A stretch of DNA of 64,000 nt from NCBI GenBank assembly GCA_965232515.1, contig CBDDPY010000002.1:2432001-2496000 (forward strand). The letters are read 5' to 3'. Each line of letters starts with the position of its first letter. Within the stretch, counting starts at the first letter, position 1. The stretch is from Alphaproteobacteria bacterium (GTDB lineage Bacteria > Pseudomonadota > Alphaproteobacteria > GCA-2731375). Positions 29,401 through 37,931 of this stretch are shown piece by piece. The translations under genes were made by a program, and so were the position numbers. The notes beneath the pieces are model-generated. The model ran no database searches. It was not told where the DNA came from and worked only from the letters and a program-made list of their open reading frames with translations.

Positions 29401-29661
29401 GCCACCCGCAACCGGATCCGGCCGATCTTCATGTCGACGCTGACCAGCGTCGTCGGCATGATGCCGTTGGTGGTGTTCCCCGGCGCCGGCTCCGAGCTCT
29501 ATCGCGGCCTCGGCTCGGTGGTCGTCGGCGGCCTGGCGCTGTCGGCGGTGCTGACCCTGCTGATCATTCCGCCGCTCTTGAGCCTGGTCACCAGCCTCGG
29601 CGGCCGGCAATTGGCCGCGAAGCCGGCCCAGCCCGAGCCGACGCCGAGCCCGGCGGAGTAG
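26470..29661 (+). CDS. RND efflux permease (AcrB/AcrD/AcrF family)
   Basis: 1063 aa; AIERP, GMVVDAAIVVLENI, GIVVNNAILLV, RIRPIFMSTLT. Confidence 0.95.
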   Translation: MDLIRLAIERPTAVLAAVFMVLMFGLLALKTIPIQLTPDIDRPVLQVTTTWPGAAPAEVERELTNRQEEVLKGLEGVVEMTSNSEDGRARITLEFGVSTNMDRALLLLANRLDRVDGYPDEVDEPRISTQGSEDNPIAWFIIKRVEGNERPIHTYRDFVEDVVADRLERVPGVSGTNFYGGGEREMRIIVDPTKMARYGLTVSRVVDVLRAANWSITGGDVEEGKRRYVVRTENEFTTPEQVAAVVLRSESDDDSGRVGRVTVGDIARVEFGYKDPVATIRNLGDSSLAVNATRETGANVIEVMEGIRAAIAELEAGALPAEGLRIKQVYDETVYIDSAIDLVQTNIFVGGVLAAIVLMLFLRSGRATLVVSLAIPVSVVGSFVAMAALGRSLNVISLAGIAFAVGMVVDAAIVVLENIYRHRQEGKPPKEAAYLGARQVWGAILVSALTTVMVFLPIMVMELEVGQLFRDIAVAISVSVMLSLIVAVTVIPALSQRLLSDKTKSLTQRLHLPLIDSFASGFVATIMRFTRAVVASRVLAIAVVAMVSGSAAIATWAFLPKLDYLPDGNRNLVFGVILPPPGYNLKTTTSIAESLESTVRPYWASETGPEAGPDEPPKMESFFFVAFRGTTFIGASAVDPTRVAEMIPVLQEPIFREPGTFGFISQRSLFGRGIGGGRTISLNVSGGDLETILGVALQAVGIVGQVLPREQGNQLRPIPGLELGAPEVRVIPDPVRLADNGVSARELGLTVDAFNDGLRVAEITVEGKRLDLTLLGPIRAVSETQGIGQLPVVTESGKILPARSLADIAITAGPTEIRHLERVRTVTLEIRPTPTMPLEAALDILNAEVIDKLTAQGLPPGVRLSLTGTADKLTQTWNHMVVDLIVAVIIVYLVMAVLFESFLFPLIIVLSVPLATAGGIGGLGLLNLYTFQALDMLTMLGFVILVGIVVNNAILLVHQTLFHVRQEGLAATDAIIEATRNRIRPIFMSTLTSVVGMMPLVVFPGAGSELYRGLGSVVVGGLALSAVLTLLIIPPLLSLVTSLGGRQLAAKPAQPEPTPSPAE

Positions 29662-29722
29662 CATCGCCGTCGGGCAGCGCTTAGAATGCCCGCCGCCACT
29701 GAGACAAACTGGAGGACCACCG

Positions 29723-30325
29723 ATGTCGGTCGCCGAGCACGACCCGTCCGTCGCCGAACGCCGCGCTGCCGCGGTCGCCGCCACCGTCGATAAGGTGCGG
29801 CGGATCGAAGCCGACATGGGCGTCAATTACGACGCGCTGGAACGGATCAAGCAGGAGCTGATCGAACTCAGCCGTCACACCGAGCTGTTCCCCGCGCAAG
29901 ACTTTCCGCTCGGGCCCGACGACAGCAACATGATCTATCGCTTGTCCGAAGACCCGGACCATCGCTTCGCCCTTTACATGTCGACCGGCAAGACCGGCAA
30001 GGAGACGCCGCCGCACGACCACACCACCTGGGCCGTGATCGTCGGCCTCAAGGGCAAGGAGCACAACCGTTTCTACGAGCGCGTCGACGATCGGTCGGTG
30101 CCGGGACGGGGCGAGGTGCGGGTCAAGGACCAGTTCACGGTCGAACTCGGCACCGGCGTCACCCTGATGCCCGAAGACATCCACAGCATTCATCTCGAGG
30201 GTGCGCCGCCGACGCTGATGTTCCACATGTACGGCCTGGCGCTCGACCACCTGCACAAGCGCGTCGCCTACGATGTCGAGGCCGGCACCTACGCGCACTT
30301 CCCGGCGAGCGACAACATCCGATGA
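29723..30325 (+). CDS. Cysteine dioxygenase family thiol dioxygenase
   Basis: Cupin motifs PPHDHTTWAVIVG and DIHSIH; MFHMYG. Confidence 0.85.
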   Translation: MSVAEHDPSVAERRAAAVAATVDKVRRIEADMGVNYDALERIKQELIELSRHTELFPAQDFPLGPDDSNMIYRLSEDPDHRFALYMSTGKTGKETPPHDHTTWAVIVGLKGKEHNRFYERVDDRSVPGRGEVRVKDQFTVELGTGVTLMPEDIHSIHLEGAPPTLMFHMYGLALDHLHKRVAYDVEAGTYAHFPASDNIR

Positions 30326-31914
30326 CCAACAAAGTCTCGCCGGCCGCCGTCAAGGCCATGCTCAAGGACGGCGGCGAGCTGGCGCTGCTGGACGTGCGCG
30401 AGGAAGGCACGCATTCCGCCGCGCATCCGCTCTACGCCGCCGCCCTGCCGCTCAGCCGCCTCGAACTGCTGGCCGAAGCCATGCTGCCGCGAAAGTCGGT
30501 TCGCATCGTTCTGATCGACGACGATGACGGTTTGGCCGAGCGGGCAGCATCGAAACTCGACGGTTACGGCTACAGTGATGTTTCGATTCTCGCCGGCGGC
30601 GTGCCCGGCTGGCGGGACGCCGGCTATGTGCTGTTCAGCGGCGTGCACGTGCCCAGCAAGGCCTTCGGTGAGTATGTCGAGCATCACTACGACACGCCGC
30701 ACATCAGCGCCGACGATTTGAAGTCGCGCATGGACGCGGGCGAGAACCTGATCGTGCTCGACAGCCGTCCGCTCGACGAATACCGGGTCATGAACATCCC
30801 CACTGGCATCGACGTGCCGGGCGCCGAACTCGCCTATCGCGTCCACGACGTGACGCCGTCGGACGACGCGCTCGTGGTCGTCAACTGCGCCGGCCGAACG
30901 CGCTCGATCATCGGCGCGCAGTCGCTGATCAATGCCGGCGTGCCGAACAAGGTGGTCGCGTTGAAGGATGGCACCATGGGCTGGCATCTCGCCGGTTACA
31001 CGCTGGAGAACGGTCAGTCGCGCCTGGCGCCGGATGTATCGCCGTCCGGGCTGGCGCAAGCTCAGGCCGCCGCGGCGCGCGTGCAGGATCGCTTCGGCGT
31101 GGCGGTGATTGACCGCGAGACACTCGGGCAATGGCAGGCCGAAGCCGACAGCCGCTCGCTTTATCTGCTCGACGTCCGCACGTCGGAGGAATACGAGGCC
31201 GGCCACCTGCCGGGCGCCTACCACGCACCGGGCGGTCAGCTGGTGCAGGAGACCGAGACCTGGGTGCCGACTTTGGGCGCCCGCATCGTGCTGGTCGACG
31301 ATACCGGCGTGCGCGCGACGCTCACCGCCTCCTGGCTGGTGCAGATGGGCTGGGACGTGGCCGTGCTGGAGAACGGCCTCGACGGCGCCGATCTCGCGAC
31401 CGGCCCGCAGCCGTCGCCTGCCGCCGACATCGCCGCCGCCGCGCGGACCGAAATCACACCGGCCGACTTGAAGTCCGCGCTCGACGCCGGCACCGCCGTG
31501 GTCGTCGATCTGGCGCTCAGCCGGACCTACAAATCGGGCCACATCCCCGGCGCCTGGTTCGCCATCCGTGCCCGCCTGCCTCAGAGCCTGCCCAAGCTGC
31601 CGACAGCGGAGAAGCTGGTCTTCACCTCGCCCGATGGCGTCATCGCCCGCCTCGCCGCGCCGGAGGCCTCGGAACTCACCGACCGCGATGTCATAGTGCT
31701 GGCCGGCGGCACCGACGCCTGGGTCGCGGCCGGCCTGTCGCTCAGCGAAGGCTTCGAGAACATGGCCGACGCCCGTGACGACGTCTGGCTCAAGCCCTAC
31801 GATCACGATGGTCCGGTGGAGCAGCACATGCGCGACTACCTGACCTGGGAGGTCGACCTGATCAACGAGATCGAGCGGGACGGCGACCACCGCTTCCGCC
31901 TGTTTCCGACATGA
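30322..31914 (+). CDS. Four-domain rhodanese/sulfurtransferase
   Basis: Repeated LLDVR and GHIPGA-type motifs; catalytic-type NCAGRTRS in domain 2; ATGA overlap with the dioxygenase. Confidence 0.92.
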   Translation: MTNKVSPAAVKAMLKDGGELALLDVREEGTHSAAHPLYAAALPLSRLELLAEAMLPRKSVRIVLIDDDDGLAERAASKLDGYGYSDVSILAGGVPGWRDAGYVLFSGVHVPSKAFGEYVEHHYDTPHISADDLKSRMDAGENLIVLDSRPLDEYRVMNIPTGIDVPGAELAYRVHDVTPSDDALVVVNCAGRTRSIIGAQSLINAGVPNKVVALKDGTMGWHLAGYTLENGQSRLAPDVSPSGLAQAQAAAARVQDRFGVAVIDRETLGQWQAEADSRSLYLLDVRTSEEYEAGHLPGAYHAPGGQLVQETETWVPTLGARIVLVDDTGVRATLTASWLVQMGWDVAVLENGLDGADLATGPQPSPAADIAAAARTEITPADLKSALDAGTAVVVDLALSRTYKSGHIPGAWFAIRARLPQSLPKLPTAEKLVFTSPDGVIARLAAPEASELTDRDVIVLAGGTDAWVAAGLSLSEGFENMADARDDVWLKPYDHDGPVEQHMRDYLTWEVDLINEIERDGDHRFRLFPT

Positions 31915-32258
31915 GGGTTGTGGCGCTTGCAACGGCCGTCTGGCTGCTCGCCGGCGGTGTCGCGCTGGCGCAGAACACCGAGAAGACCGGCACCGGCGGC
32001 GTCATCGACAGTCTCGACGCGGTCGAGAAGAGCTTCGACGAGCTCTGGGACGGCACCACCGGCCAGATCGTCAGGGGCGCGGTCGGCGCCGCCGGCCTCG
32101 GCGCCTCGTTGAAGTTCGGCACCGCGGCGGCGGTCGGCTCCGTCATCGAGGACGGCTTTGCCGTTCAGGGCAACATAAACGCGCCCGGCCCCACCTCGAC
32201 CGCCTCGTCGTCGACCGACTCATCGACCTCAACGACCACGGCCACGTCGACCAAATAG
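31911..32258 (+). CDS. Small exported protein with Ser/Thr-rich C-terminal tail
   Basis: Signal peptide (ALA-Q), Gly/Ala-rich core, tail TSTASSSTDSSTSTTTATSTK; ATGA overlap. Confidence 0.65.
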   Translation: MRVVALATAVWLLAGGVALAQNTEKTGTGGVIDSLDAVEKSFDELWDGTTGQIVRGAVGAAGLGASLKFGTAAAVGSVIEDGFAVQGNINAPGPTSTASSSTDSSTSTTTATSTK

Positions 32259-32274
32259 GGCTCGGCGCCAGGTC

Positions 32275-33246
32275 ATGAACGATGCCGCCTTCCGGCCCCG
32301 TGCGCCGTGGTGGGGCGGCGATCTGCAAACGCTCCGGAACTATCTGCGGCCGAAGCCATACCCGCTGCCTGGCGAACGGTTGAAACTGCCTCTGCCGGAC
32401 GGCAGCGGCGACGCCCTGTGGGCGTTGCAGAACCGCGCCGACGCGGATGCCGGATCGCGGCGACCAACGGTATTGCTCACCCACGGGCTCAGCGGCGACG
32501 AGAACAGCGTCTACATGCTGGACGCGGCCCGCTACTTCCTCGCCCAGGGCTACGACGTCGTCCGCCTGAACCTGCGCGGCGCCGGCCCGTCGGCGGCGCA
32601 TTGCCGCCGGCACTACCATGCCGGCCGGTCACAGGATCTGCGCGACGCGCTGGCGATGCTGCCGGCCGATCTGTTGGCCGAAGGTCTGCTGCTGATCGGC
32701 TTTTCGCTCAGCGGCAACACCGTGCTGAAGCTCGCCGCGGAAGCGGGCCGTGACCTGCCGCTGCGCGCCGTCGCCGCGGTGTCCGCGCCGATCGACCTCG
32801 CCGCCACCACCCGAAACATCATGCGCCGCCGCAATGCGCCTTACCACACCGCCATGCTGCGTGAGTTCAAAGCGGTCTGCGACCGGCCCGGCGCGGAGCT
32901 CAGCGCGACCGAGCGCGACGCCATCCGGCGGGCGGACTCGTTCCTCAGCTTCGACGACAACTTCACCGCGCCGCGGCATGGCTATCGGGACGCCGCCAGT
33001 TTCTATGCCGACAACATGGCCCTTCGGTTCCTGCCCGAGATCCCGCTGCCGACGCTGCTGTTGCAGGCCCGCGACGACCCGATCGTACCGACCGGGCCTT
33101 ACCTCGCGTTCGACTGGCGCCTGAACCGCCATCTGCAGCCGGACCTGCCCAGCAGCGGCGGCCATGTCGGGTTTCACGCCACGAACGGCCTTTGGCATCT
33201 GCGCCGGATCGGCTATTTTTTCAACAGCCATATGGGCCAGGACTGA
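32275..33246 (+). CDS. YheT-like alpha/beta hydrolase
   Basis: GGDLQTL, HGLSGD, LNLRGAG, YHAGRSQD, GFSLSGN, DDPIVP, GGHVGF. Confidence 0.9.
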   Translation: MNDAAFRPRAPWWGGDLQTLRNYLRPKPYPLPGERLKLPLPDGSGDALWALQNRADADAGSRRPTVLLTHGLSGDENSVYMLDAARYFLAQGYDVVRLNLRGAGPSAAHCRRHYHAGRSQDLRDALAMLPADLLAEGLLLIGFSLSGNTVLKLAAEAGRDLPLRAVAAVSAPIDLAATTRNIMRRRNAPYHTAMLREFKAVCDRPGAELSATERDAIRRADSFLSFDDNFTAPRHGYRDAASFYADNMALRFLPEIPLPTLLLQARDDPIVPTGPYLAFDWRLNRHLQPDLPSSGGHVGFHATNGLWHLRRIGYFFNSHMGQD

Positions 33247-33334
33247 GAATTCGCCGTAGCCCGCTGTCAGCGCCGGATACGGCCGTCAGCCATCAACACG
33301 GTCCACGGCATTACCCCCACGCTTGTCCCCCGAT

Positions 33335-33390
33335 TTATCCACAGTATATGGTAGGGTTCACCCTGTGTTCCCACTTTATTTATTGTTAAC
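33335..33390 (+). promoter_or_regulatory. gcrA upstream region with DnaA box and CtrA-like box
   Basis: Perfect DnaA box TTATCCACA at 33335-33343; TTTA-N7-TTAAC at 33375-33390, one mismatch from TTAA-N7-TTAAC. Confidence 0.65.
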
Positions 33391-33467
33391 GAGACCCACT
33401 CGCGACTAGAATGCAGCCGCCGTCGGGAGGCGACGCGGCTCAATGCTGCGATGAAGGATCGTTGCCT

Positions 33468-33872
33468 ATGGAATGGACCGAAGAAAGAATCGAAACGCTC
33501 AAAAACCTGTGGGGAAAGGGCTTTAGCGCTCGGCAGATCGCCGAGGAACTGGGAGGCGTCACCCGAAACGCCGTGATCGGCAAGGCCAATCGTCTCGGCC
33601 TGTCGAAGCCGACGAAGTCGGCGATCACGCGCAAGCAAAACCGCGTGCAACAGGTACAGACACCGCGGATCGTGATCCCTGAGCCGCAAGGCGAAGGGGC
33701 GACCATCCTGACCTTGAAATCGACCAGCTGCCGCTGGCCGATCGGGCATCCTGGTGAGGAGAATTTCCGTTTTTGCGGCGCGCGGTGCACGCCGGGCGCG
33801 CCTTATTGCGAGGCGCATGCGCGGATGGCCTATCAGCCGTCGACAAAGGACTCGCGTAAGCGCAGCGCGTAA
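33468..33872 (+). CDS. gcrA: GcrA cell cycle regulator
   Basis: MEWTEERIETLKNLW...SARQIAEELGGVTRNAVIGKANRLGL; C-terminal CRWPIGHP...FCG...PYCEAH. Confidence 0.95.
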   Translation: MEWTEERIETLKNLWGKGFSARQIAEELGGVTRNAVIGKANRLGLSKPTKSAITRKQNRVQQVQTPRIVIPEPQGEGATILTLKSTSCRWPIGHPGEENFRFCGARCTPGAPYCEAHARMAYQPSTKDSRKRSA

Positions 33873-33966
33873 AGCAAGGGAGCAAGCAGAGGTCCCGCCC
33901 ATCGGGCACGCGGCGACGCGAACGGGCTGGACCTTTGGCCCCCTCTTCCGGTTCAATGGCGCCGTA

Positions 33967-34461
33967 ATGGGACGGACGGCGCGATCGGACCACGGTGGCA
34001 GGCACGCGGCCGGACTTGTCGGCTTGTCCATGGCATTCGTCGCGGCCGTGTTTCCTGCGTCGCCCGTTATCGCGCAATCGGCGCCGACCGAAGCCGCGCC
34101 GCTGCCGCCCAGCAGCTTCGATCTGCGCCGTCAGGAACTGATCGAGCGCGAGGCGCGCCGGCAGGCCGCCGTCAAGGCCGCCCGCGAGTCCCGCCAGCGT
34201 CGGCTCGCCGGCAACGGACGAGCCAAGCCCCCCGATCAGCCGACCCCCGGCGCCGGCATCATCGACGGGCTGTTCTCGCCCAAGACCGCCTTCAACATCT
34301 CGATCGCGGCGATCATGGCGACGGCCGCGATCTCGGCCATCTCCGACGATTCACGTAATCTGGCGAACGCCAGCGGCGGGTCCGACAACGGCGGCGGTGA
34401 CTCGGGCGGCGGCGGCTCCGGCGGCTCGACAACCACGACCACCAGCACGGGCACCAACTAA
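33967..34461 (+). CDS. Exported/membrane protein with Gly-rich linker and poly-Thr tail
   Basis: Signal-like segment, charged helix, hydrophobic ISIAAIMATAAISAI, tail GGGDSGGGGSGGSTTTTTSTGTN. Start uncertain. Confidence 0.6.
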   Translation: MGRTARSDHGGRHAAGLVGLSMAFVAAVFPASPVIAQSAPTEAAPLPPSSFDLRRQELIEREARRQAAVKAARESRQRRLAGNGRAKPPDQPTPGAGIIDGLFSPKTAFNISIAAIMATAAISAISDDSRNLANASGGSDNGGGDSGGGGSGGSTTTTTSTGTN

Positions 34462-34470
34462 CCGATCGCG

Positions 34471-34764
34471 TCAGTCGGGCCGATCCGCGGGCGATGCCGA
34501 CAGCCGCAGCCGGATCACGCCTTTGACGCGGTCGGGATCGATCGGTTTGCCTTTGCGCAGAATGTCGATCCGGCCCTGCCGGGCCAGGTCGGCCGCGACC
34601 GACCGTACGCGGGACAGATGCGATCGCCAGCCTTCGCCGTCGAGCGCGCGCGCGACCTCCGACGGGCAGATCGATTTGTCGACGCCCCGCGCGGTGCAGA
34701 GTGCGATGATCGTGTCGCGGATCCGATCGGGATCGATCGGCCGGCGGCCGGCGGTGGGTTCCAT
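34471..34764 (-). CDS. DUF3253 domain protein
   Basis: KSICPSEVARAL, GRIDILRKGKPIDP, KGVIRLR. Confidence 0.85.
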   Translation of the reverse strand: MEPTAGRRPIDPDRIRDTIIALCTARGVDKSICPSEVARALDGEGWRSHLSRVRSVAADLARQGRIDILRKGKPIDPDRVKGVIRLRLSASPADRPD

Positions 34765-34793
34765 GCCGGCAGCTTATACCAGGGGAAGGAAAC

Positions 34794-36407
34794 TCAGTTG
34801 AAGGCGCTGTTCGGCATGCCCAACAGATAGCCCTGCGCGTAGTCGACGCCCAGCTTGTTGACGAACTGCAACTGTTCCTTGGTCTCGATGCATTCGGCGA
34901 TGGTCTGCATGCGCAGATCCTTGCTGACCCCAACCATGGCCTTCAGGATCGCCGCGTCACGCGGCCGGTTCAGCACCTTCTGCACATAGACGCCATCGAT
35001 CTTCACGAAATCGACCGCCAATGCCTGCAGATACTGGAACGAGGCCGCGCCGGCGCCGAAATCGTCGAGGCAGACCCGGTGGCCGTCCCGACGGAAGTCC
35101 TGGATGATGTTGTTGGCCTGCACCAGATCGTCGATCTTGCTGGTCTCGGTCACCTCCAGCAGCAGGTTCCGGCGTAACTGCCCGATCCGCGCTAGCATGG
35201 CCCGCAGGTTGGTGATGAAGACCTCGTTGACCAGCGAGCGGCCCGACAGGTTGACCGAAAGCCGCAGAGCCGTGCCGTGAGCGTCCTGCTCTTGCATCAG
35301 CCGGATCACGCGCGCGCAGACCGCCAGATCCAGGTCGTGGATCAGGCCGACGTCCTCGGCAAACGTGATGACCTTCAGCGTGTCTTTCTCATCGGGAAAA
35401 CGCGACAACACCTCGTAATGGTGCACATTGCCGTCGCGCAGGCTGTAGATGCCCTGGAAAACGAACTGGAACTCGCTACGCGCCAATGTCGTCTTCAGCG
35501 CGTTCACGCGATCCTTGGTGTTGCTTAAAAGCTGATCCAGGCCGTCGGAGAGCGACTTGATCGAGAATTCCGACGTGGTGTCCGCGAACTGATTGATGGC
35601 GTAGACCAGGATCTGACCGGCGTCGACGTCGCTGATCGCTTCTTCCGAGGTCAGGTCGAGCGTGCTGCCCTGAAAGCCGATGCCGTCGCCCGAGGGGTCG
35701 ATGCTTTTCGACAGTTGATGGATGGTCTGCGAGACCTCATCCAGATCGACCGAGCTGTCGTGGACAAATCCGTATTTCTCGTCGTCCAGGCGGCCGACGG
35801 AGTCGCCGCCATACGATTCCGATCTCAGATAGGCGCCGATGTCGGCGAGCATATCGCTTCGCGTCGCGTCGTCGACCTGGCTCGACAGCCGGTCGAGGCC
35901 GTCAAGCTGCAGCAGCGTCAGCTTGGTGTCGAGGCGCTAGTCGGCGGCGACCCGGGCTAATTCGCCGGCGATCTGCGCAAAATCTTCCTTGCCCAGCGTG
36001 CCCGTTTCGGGATCGCGGACCGCCTCGGCGTTGCGTTCGATATTGGGCGACTTGGCGACCGACAGGGTGACGAAATAGCGCTCGCTGTCGGCCGGCAACC
36101 GGCAGGCCCCGAGCCAGACCGCGACGCCGGTCGCCGCCATGTGCACGATGGTCGGCGCCAGCCGGTGCTGGCGGCCGAGCCGCGCGATCAGGTGCTTCAG
36201 GAAGTGACTGTCCTGGACGCCGACCATCTCAAGCAGCGAGATGCCGATCAGGCCCTCGGCCTCGCAGTCGGCAAGCAGTCGGCTGGCGCCGGACGCGAAC
36301 GTGATCGTCAACCGTTGGTCGAGCTCCAGCAGCAGGTCCGCCGCCGCGAAAGAGAACCCGACAAATCGATTGCGTTCGCGCTGAAGTCCGACCCCCAGCT
36401 CACCCAT
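34794..36407 (-). pseudogene. PAS-like/degenerate GGDEF/EAL phosphodiesterase gene interrupted by one in-frame TAG at 35937-35939
   Basis: ORFs 35937..36407 and 34794..35852 share a frame and are joined by 28 sense codons (RLDTKLTLLQLDGLDRLSSQVDDATRSD). EAL motifs HYEVLSRF, LDDFGAG, IAECIET, AQGYL are intact. Confidence 0.8.
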
Positions 36408-36539
36408 GGATCACCTGGAACAGTGTATGTGCAAATTTTGCAGTGTAGGTCCGGGTGGTTAACAAACGGCTTCGGGCGCCGATCGCCGGCGCAGACCCTA
36501 ACCCCGTCGAATTTTGCACCGCAACATAGGGGTTTGTTA

Positions 36540-36579
36540 ATGAAAATACGTCATGACTGACATGACAACGTATCGTTTG
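36540..36579 (+). promoter_or_regulatory. LysR-type site upstream of the DUF1127 gene
   Basis: ATGAAAATACGTCAT-N7-ATGA-N6-ATCGTTTG, same layout as 7263-7302. Confidence 0.65.
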
Positions 36580-36639
36580 CTCGACGCACGGTTCGTCACG
36601 AAATGACAACCAGGCCATCGTCTCTCATAGGGGCACGAA

Positions 36640-36843
36640 ATGAACCACACAACCTCTCTAAACATGAGAAAATCTTCGTTTCACGATATCCTTGAGGGGG
36701 CAGTGCAGCAATTCGCCGTCTGGCGCGAACGCGCCCGCGAGCGCAAGCTTCTGGCGCAATTGTCGGATCGCGAGCTGCGGGACATTCGCCTGAACCGCCA
36801 GCAGGCCGAGATAGAAGCCGGCAAGCCGTTCTGGAAACCCTGA
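36640..36843 (+). CDS. DUF1127 family small protein
   Basis: WRERARERKLLAQLSDRELRDIRLNR...EAGKPFWK. Confidence 0.9.
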   Translation: MNHTTSLNMRKSSFHDILEGAVQQFAVWRERARERKLLAQLSDRELRDIRLNRQQAEIEAGKPFWKP

Positions 36844-37000
36844 CCGCCAAACTTGGCCACGTCGACGTCTCTTGCAGTTTCGACCGCAGCGGCGCACCAT
36901 TATCGCTATCCGTTGCGAACAAAGCGCAGCCAAGCGTCGAGTTTGACGCAAACAAGGAGTGAAGAAGCGGTCTGCTCGGCGCCCTGATAGGGGAACGCAG

Positions 37001-37432
37001 ATGTACGTAGACTCCATTCTGAAGCACAAGGGCCAGGACGTCGTGAGCGCCGGCCCCACGGATGAAATCGTCGAGACGGCCCGGCTGCTTAACCGGCACC
37101 GGATCGGCGCGGTTGTCGTGCGCGGTGCCGACGGCCAGGTGGTCGGGATCCTGTCGGAGCGCGACATCGTCCGCGGTGTCGCCGAAAAAGGTCCGGCCTG
37201 CCTCTCGCTCAAGGTGGCCGATCTCATGACCCGAGAGGTCGTGAGCTGCCGCCCGAACGACAGCATCGACGACATCATGGCGCTGATGACCGAACGGCGT
37301 ATCCGGCATTTGCCGGTGATGCAGGACGGCACGGTTATCGGCGTGATCTCTATCGGCGACGTGGTCAAACGGCGCATCGCCGAGATCGAGTCGGAGGCCT
37401 CCTCCCTGCGGGAGTATATCGCCACGGGCTGA
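37001..37432 (+). CDS. CBS domain pair protein
   Basis: VDSILKHKG, GILSERDIVR, MTERRIRHLPV, ISIGDVVK. Confidence 0.93.
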   Translation: MYVDSILKHKGQDVVSAGPTDEIVETARLLNRHRIGAVVVRGADGQVVGILSERDIVRGVAEKGPACLSLKVADLMTREVVSCRPNDSIDDIMALMTERRIRHLPVMQDGTVIGVISIGDVVKRRIAEIESEASSLREYIATG

Positions 37433-37529
37433 CCATGCGCGCGCGGCGGGCCGGCGGCCTTCCGCCGGCGCCGTACCGCATCGGCCGGAACTCCGGTCCG
37501 GCCCGCCCGGCGCTAAAAATCGGCCATTT

Positions 37530-37545
37530 TGTGAACGCGATCACA
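37530..37545 (+). promoter_or_regulatory. Perfect CRP-type box TGTGA-ACGCGA-TCACA
   Basis: 10/10 match to TGTGA-N6-TCACA, 57 bp before the ATG at 37603. Confidence 0.7.
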
Positions 37546-37602
37546 GCGTCGCGGGGGTCCGCGCGGCACCTTGCCGCTCGCACAACGCTGGGAGATGTCA
37601 CG

Positions 37603-37707
37603 ATGTCGTCACTGCAGGGACGCAACCGCAAAACCTTGTTCGCGCTCGTGGGATCGCTGTGGGTCGCCTCCGTCGGCGGCCTCATCTGCTTGTTCGTTTT
37701 CGCCTGA
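37603..37707 (+). CDS. 34-aa single-TM peptide A
   Basis: GGAG RBS; MSSLQGRNRKTLFALVGSLWVASVGGLICLFVFA; basic N-terminus then one TM helix; similar peptide at 38211. Confidence 0.65.
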   Translation: MSSLQGRNRKTLFALVGSLWVASVGGLICLFVFA

Positions 37708-37748
37708 ACGATCCGGATGTCAGCCGCCCGCGCGGCGATGGACCGTGC

Positions 37749-37931
37749 TCAGGCGAACCAATCGAACAGCGGCAGCAACACGCCGATCAGGGCGCCCCAA
37801 CCGACAATTGAGGCCACAATCCATACCAACATGGCGCGGCGCATCGAGATCTGGGCGTCATGCGCCCGGCTGGCTCGCGACGCCGTCGGCAGGGACGGCC
37901 GATCAATCGAGATCTGAGAGGAGTTCGTAAT
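37749..37931 (-). CDS. Small C-terminally anchored membrane peptide (31-60 aa)
   Basis: ...ISMRRAMLVWIVASIVGWGALIGVLLPLFDWFA. GGGAG lies 7 nt before an ATT at 37931; alternative ATG at 37844. Confidence 0.5.
   Translation of the reverse strand: MTNSSQISIDRPSLPTASRASRAHDAQISMRRAMLVWIVASIVGWGALIGVLLPLFDWFA

Noticed and set aside
26296-29826. Very long antisense ORFs (1176 aa here; also 40584-43505, 46275-49301, 60646-63432, 22780-25260)
   Set aside because: They shadow well-supported genes on the opposite strand, which is expected in high-GC DNA, and show no recognisable motifs.
33335-33343. Replication origin
   Set aside because: Only one perfect DnaA box, explained by the gcrA promoter; no origin-type gene context.
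35937-35939. Genome-wide amber recoding or pyrrolysine
   Set aside because: TAG ends several intact genes here (3963, 5479, 25014, 29661) and no pyl genes are visible.
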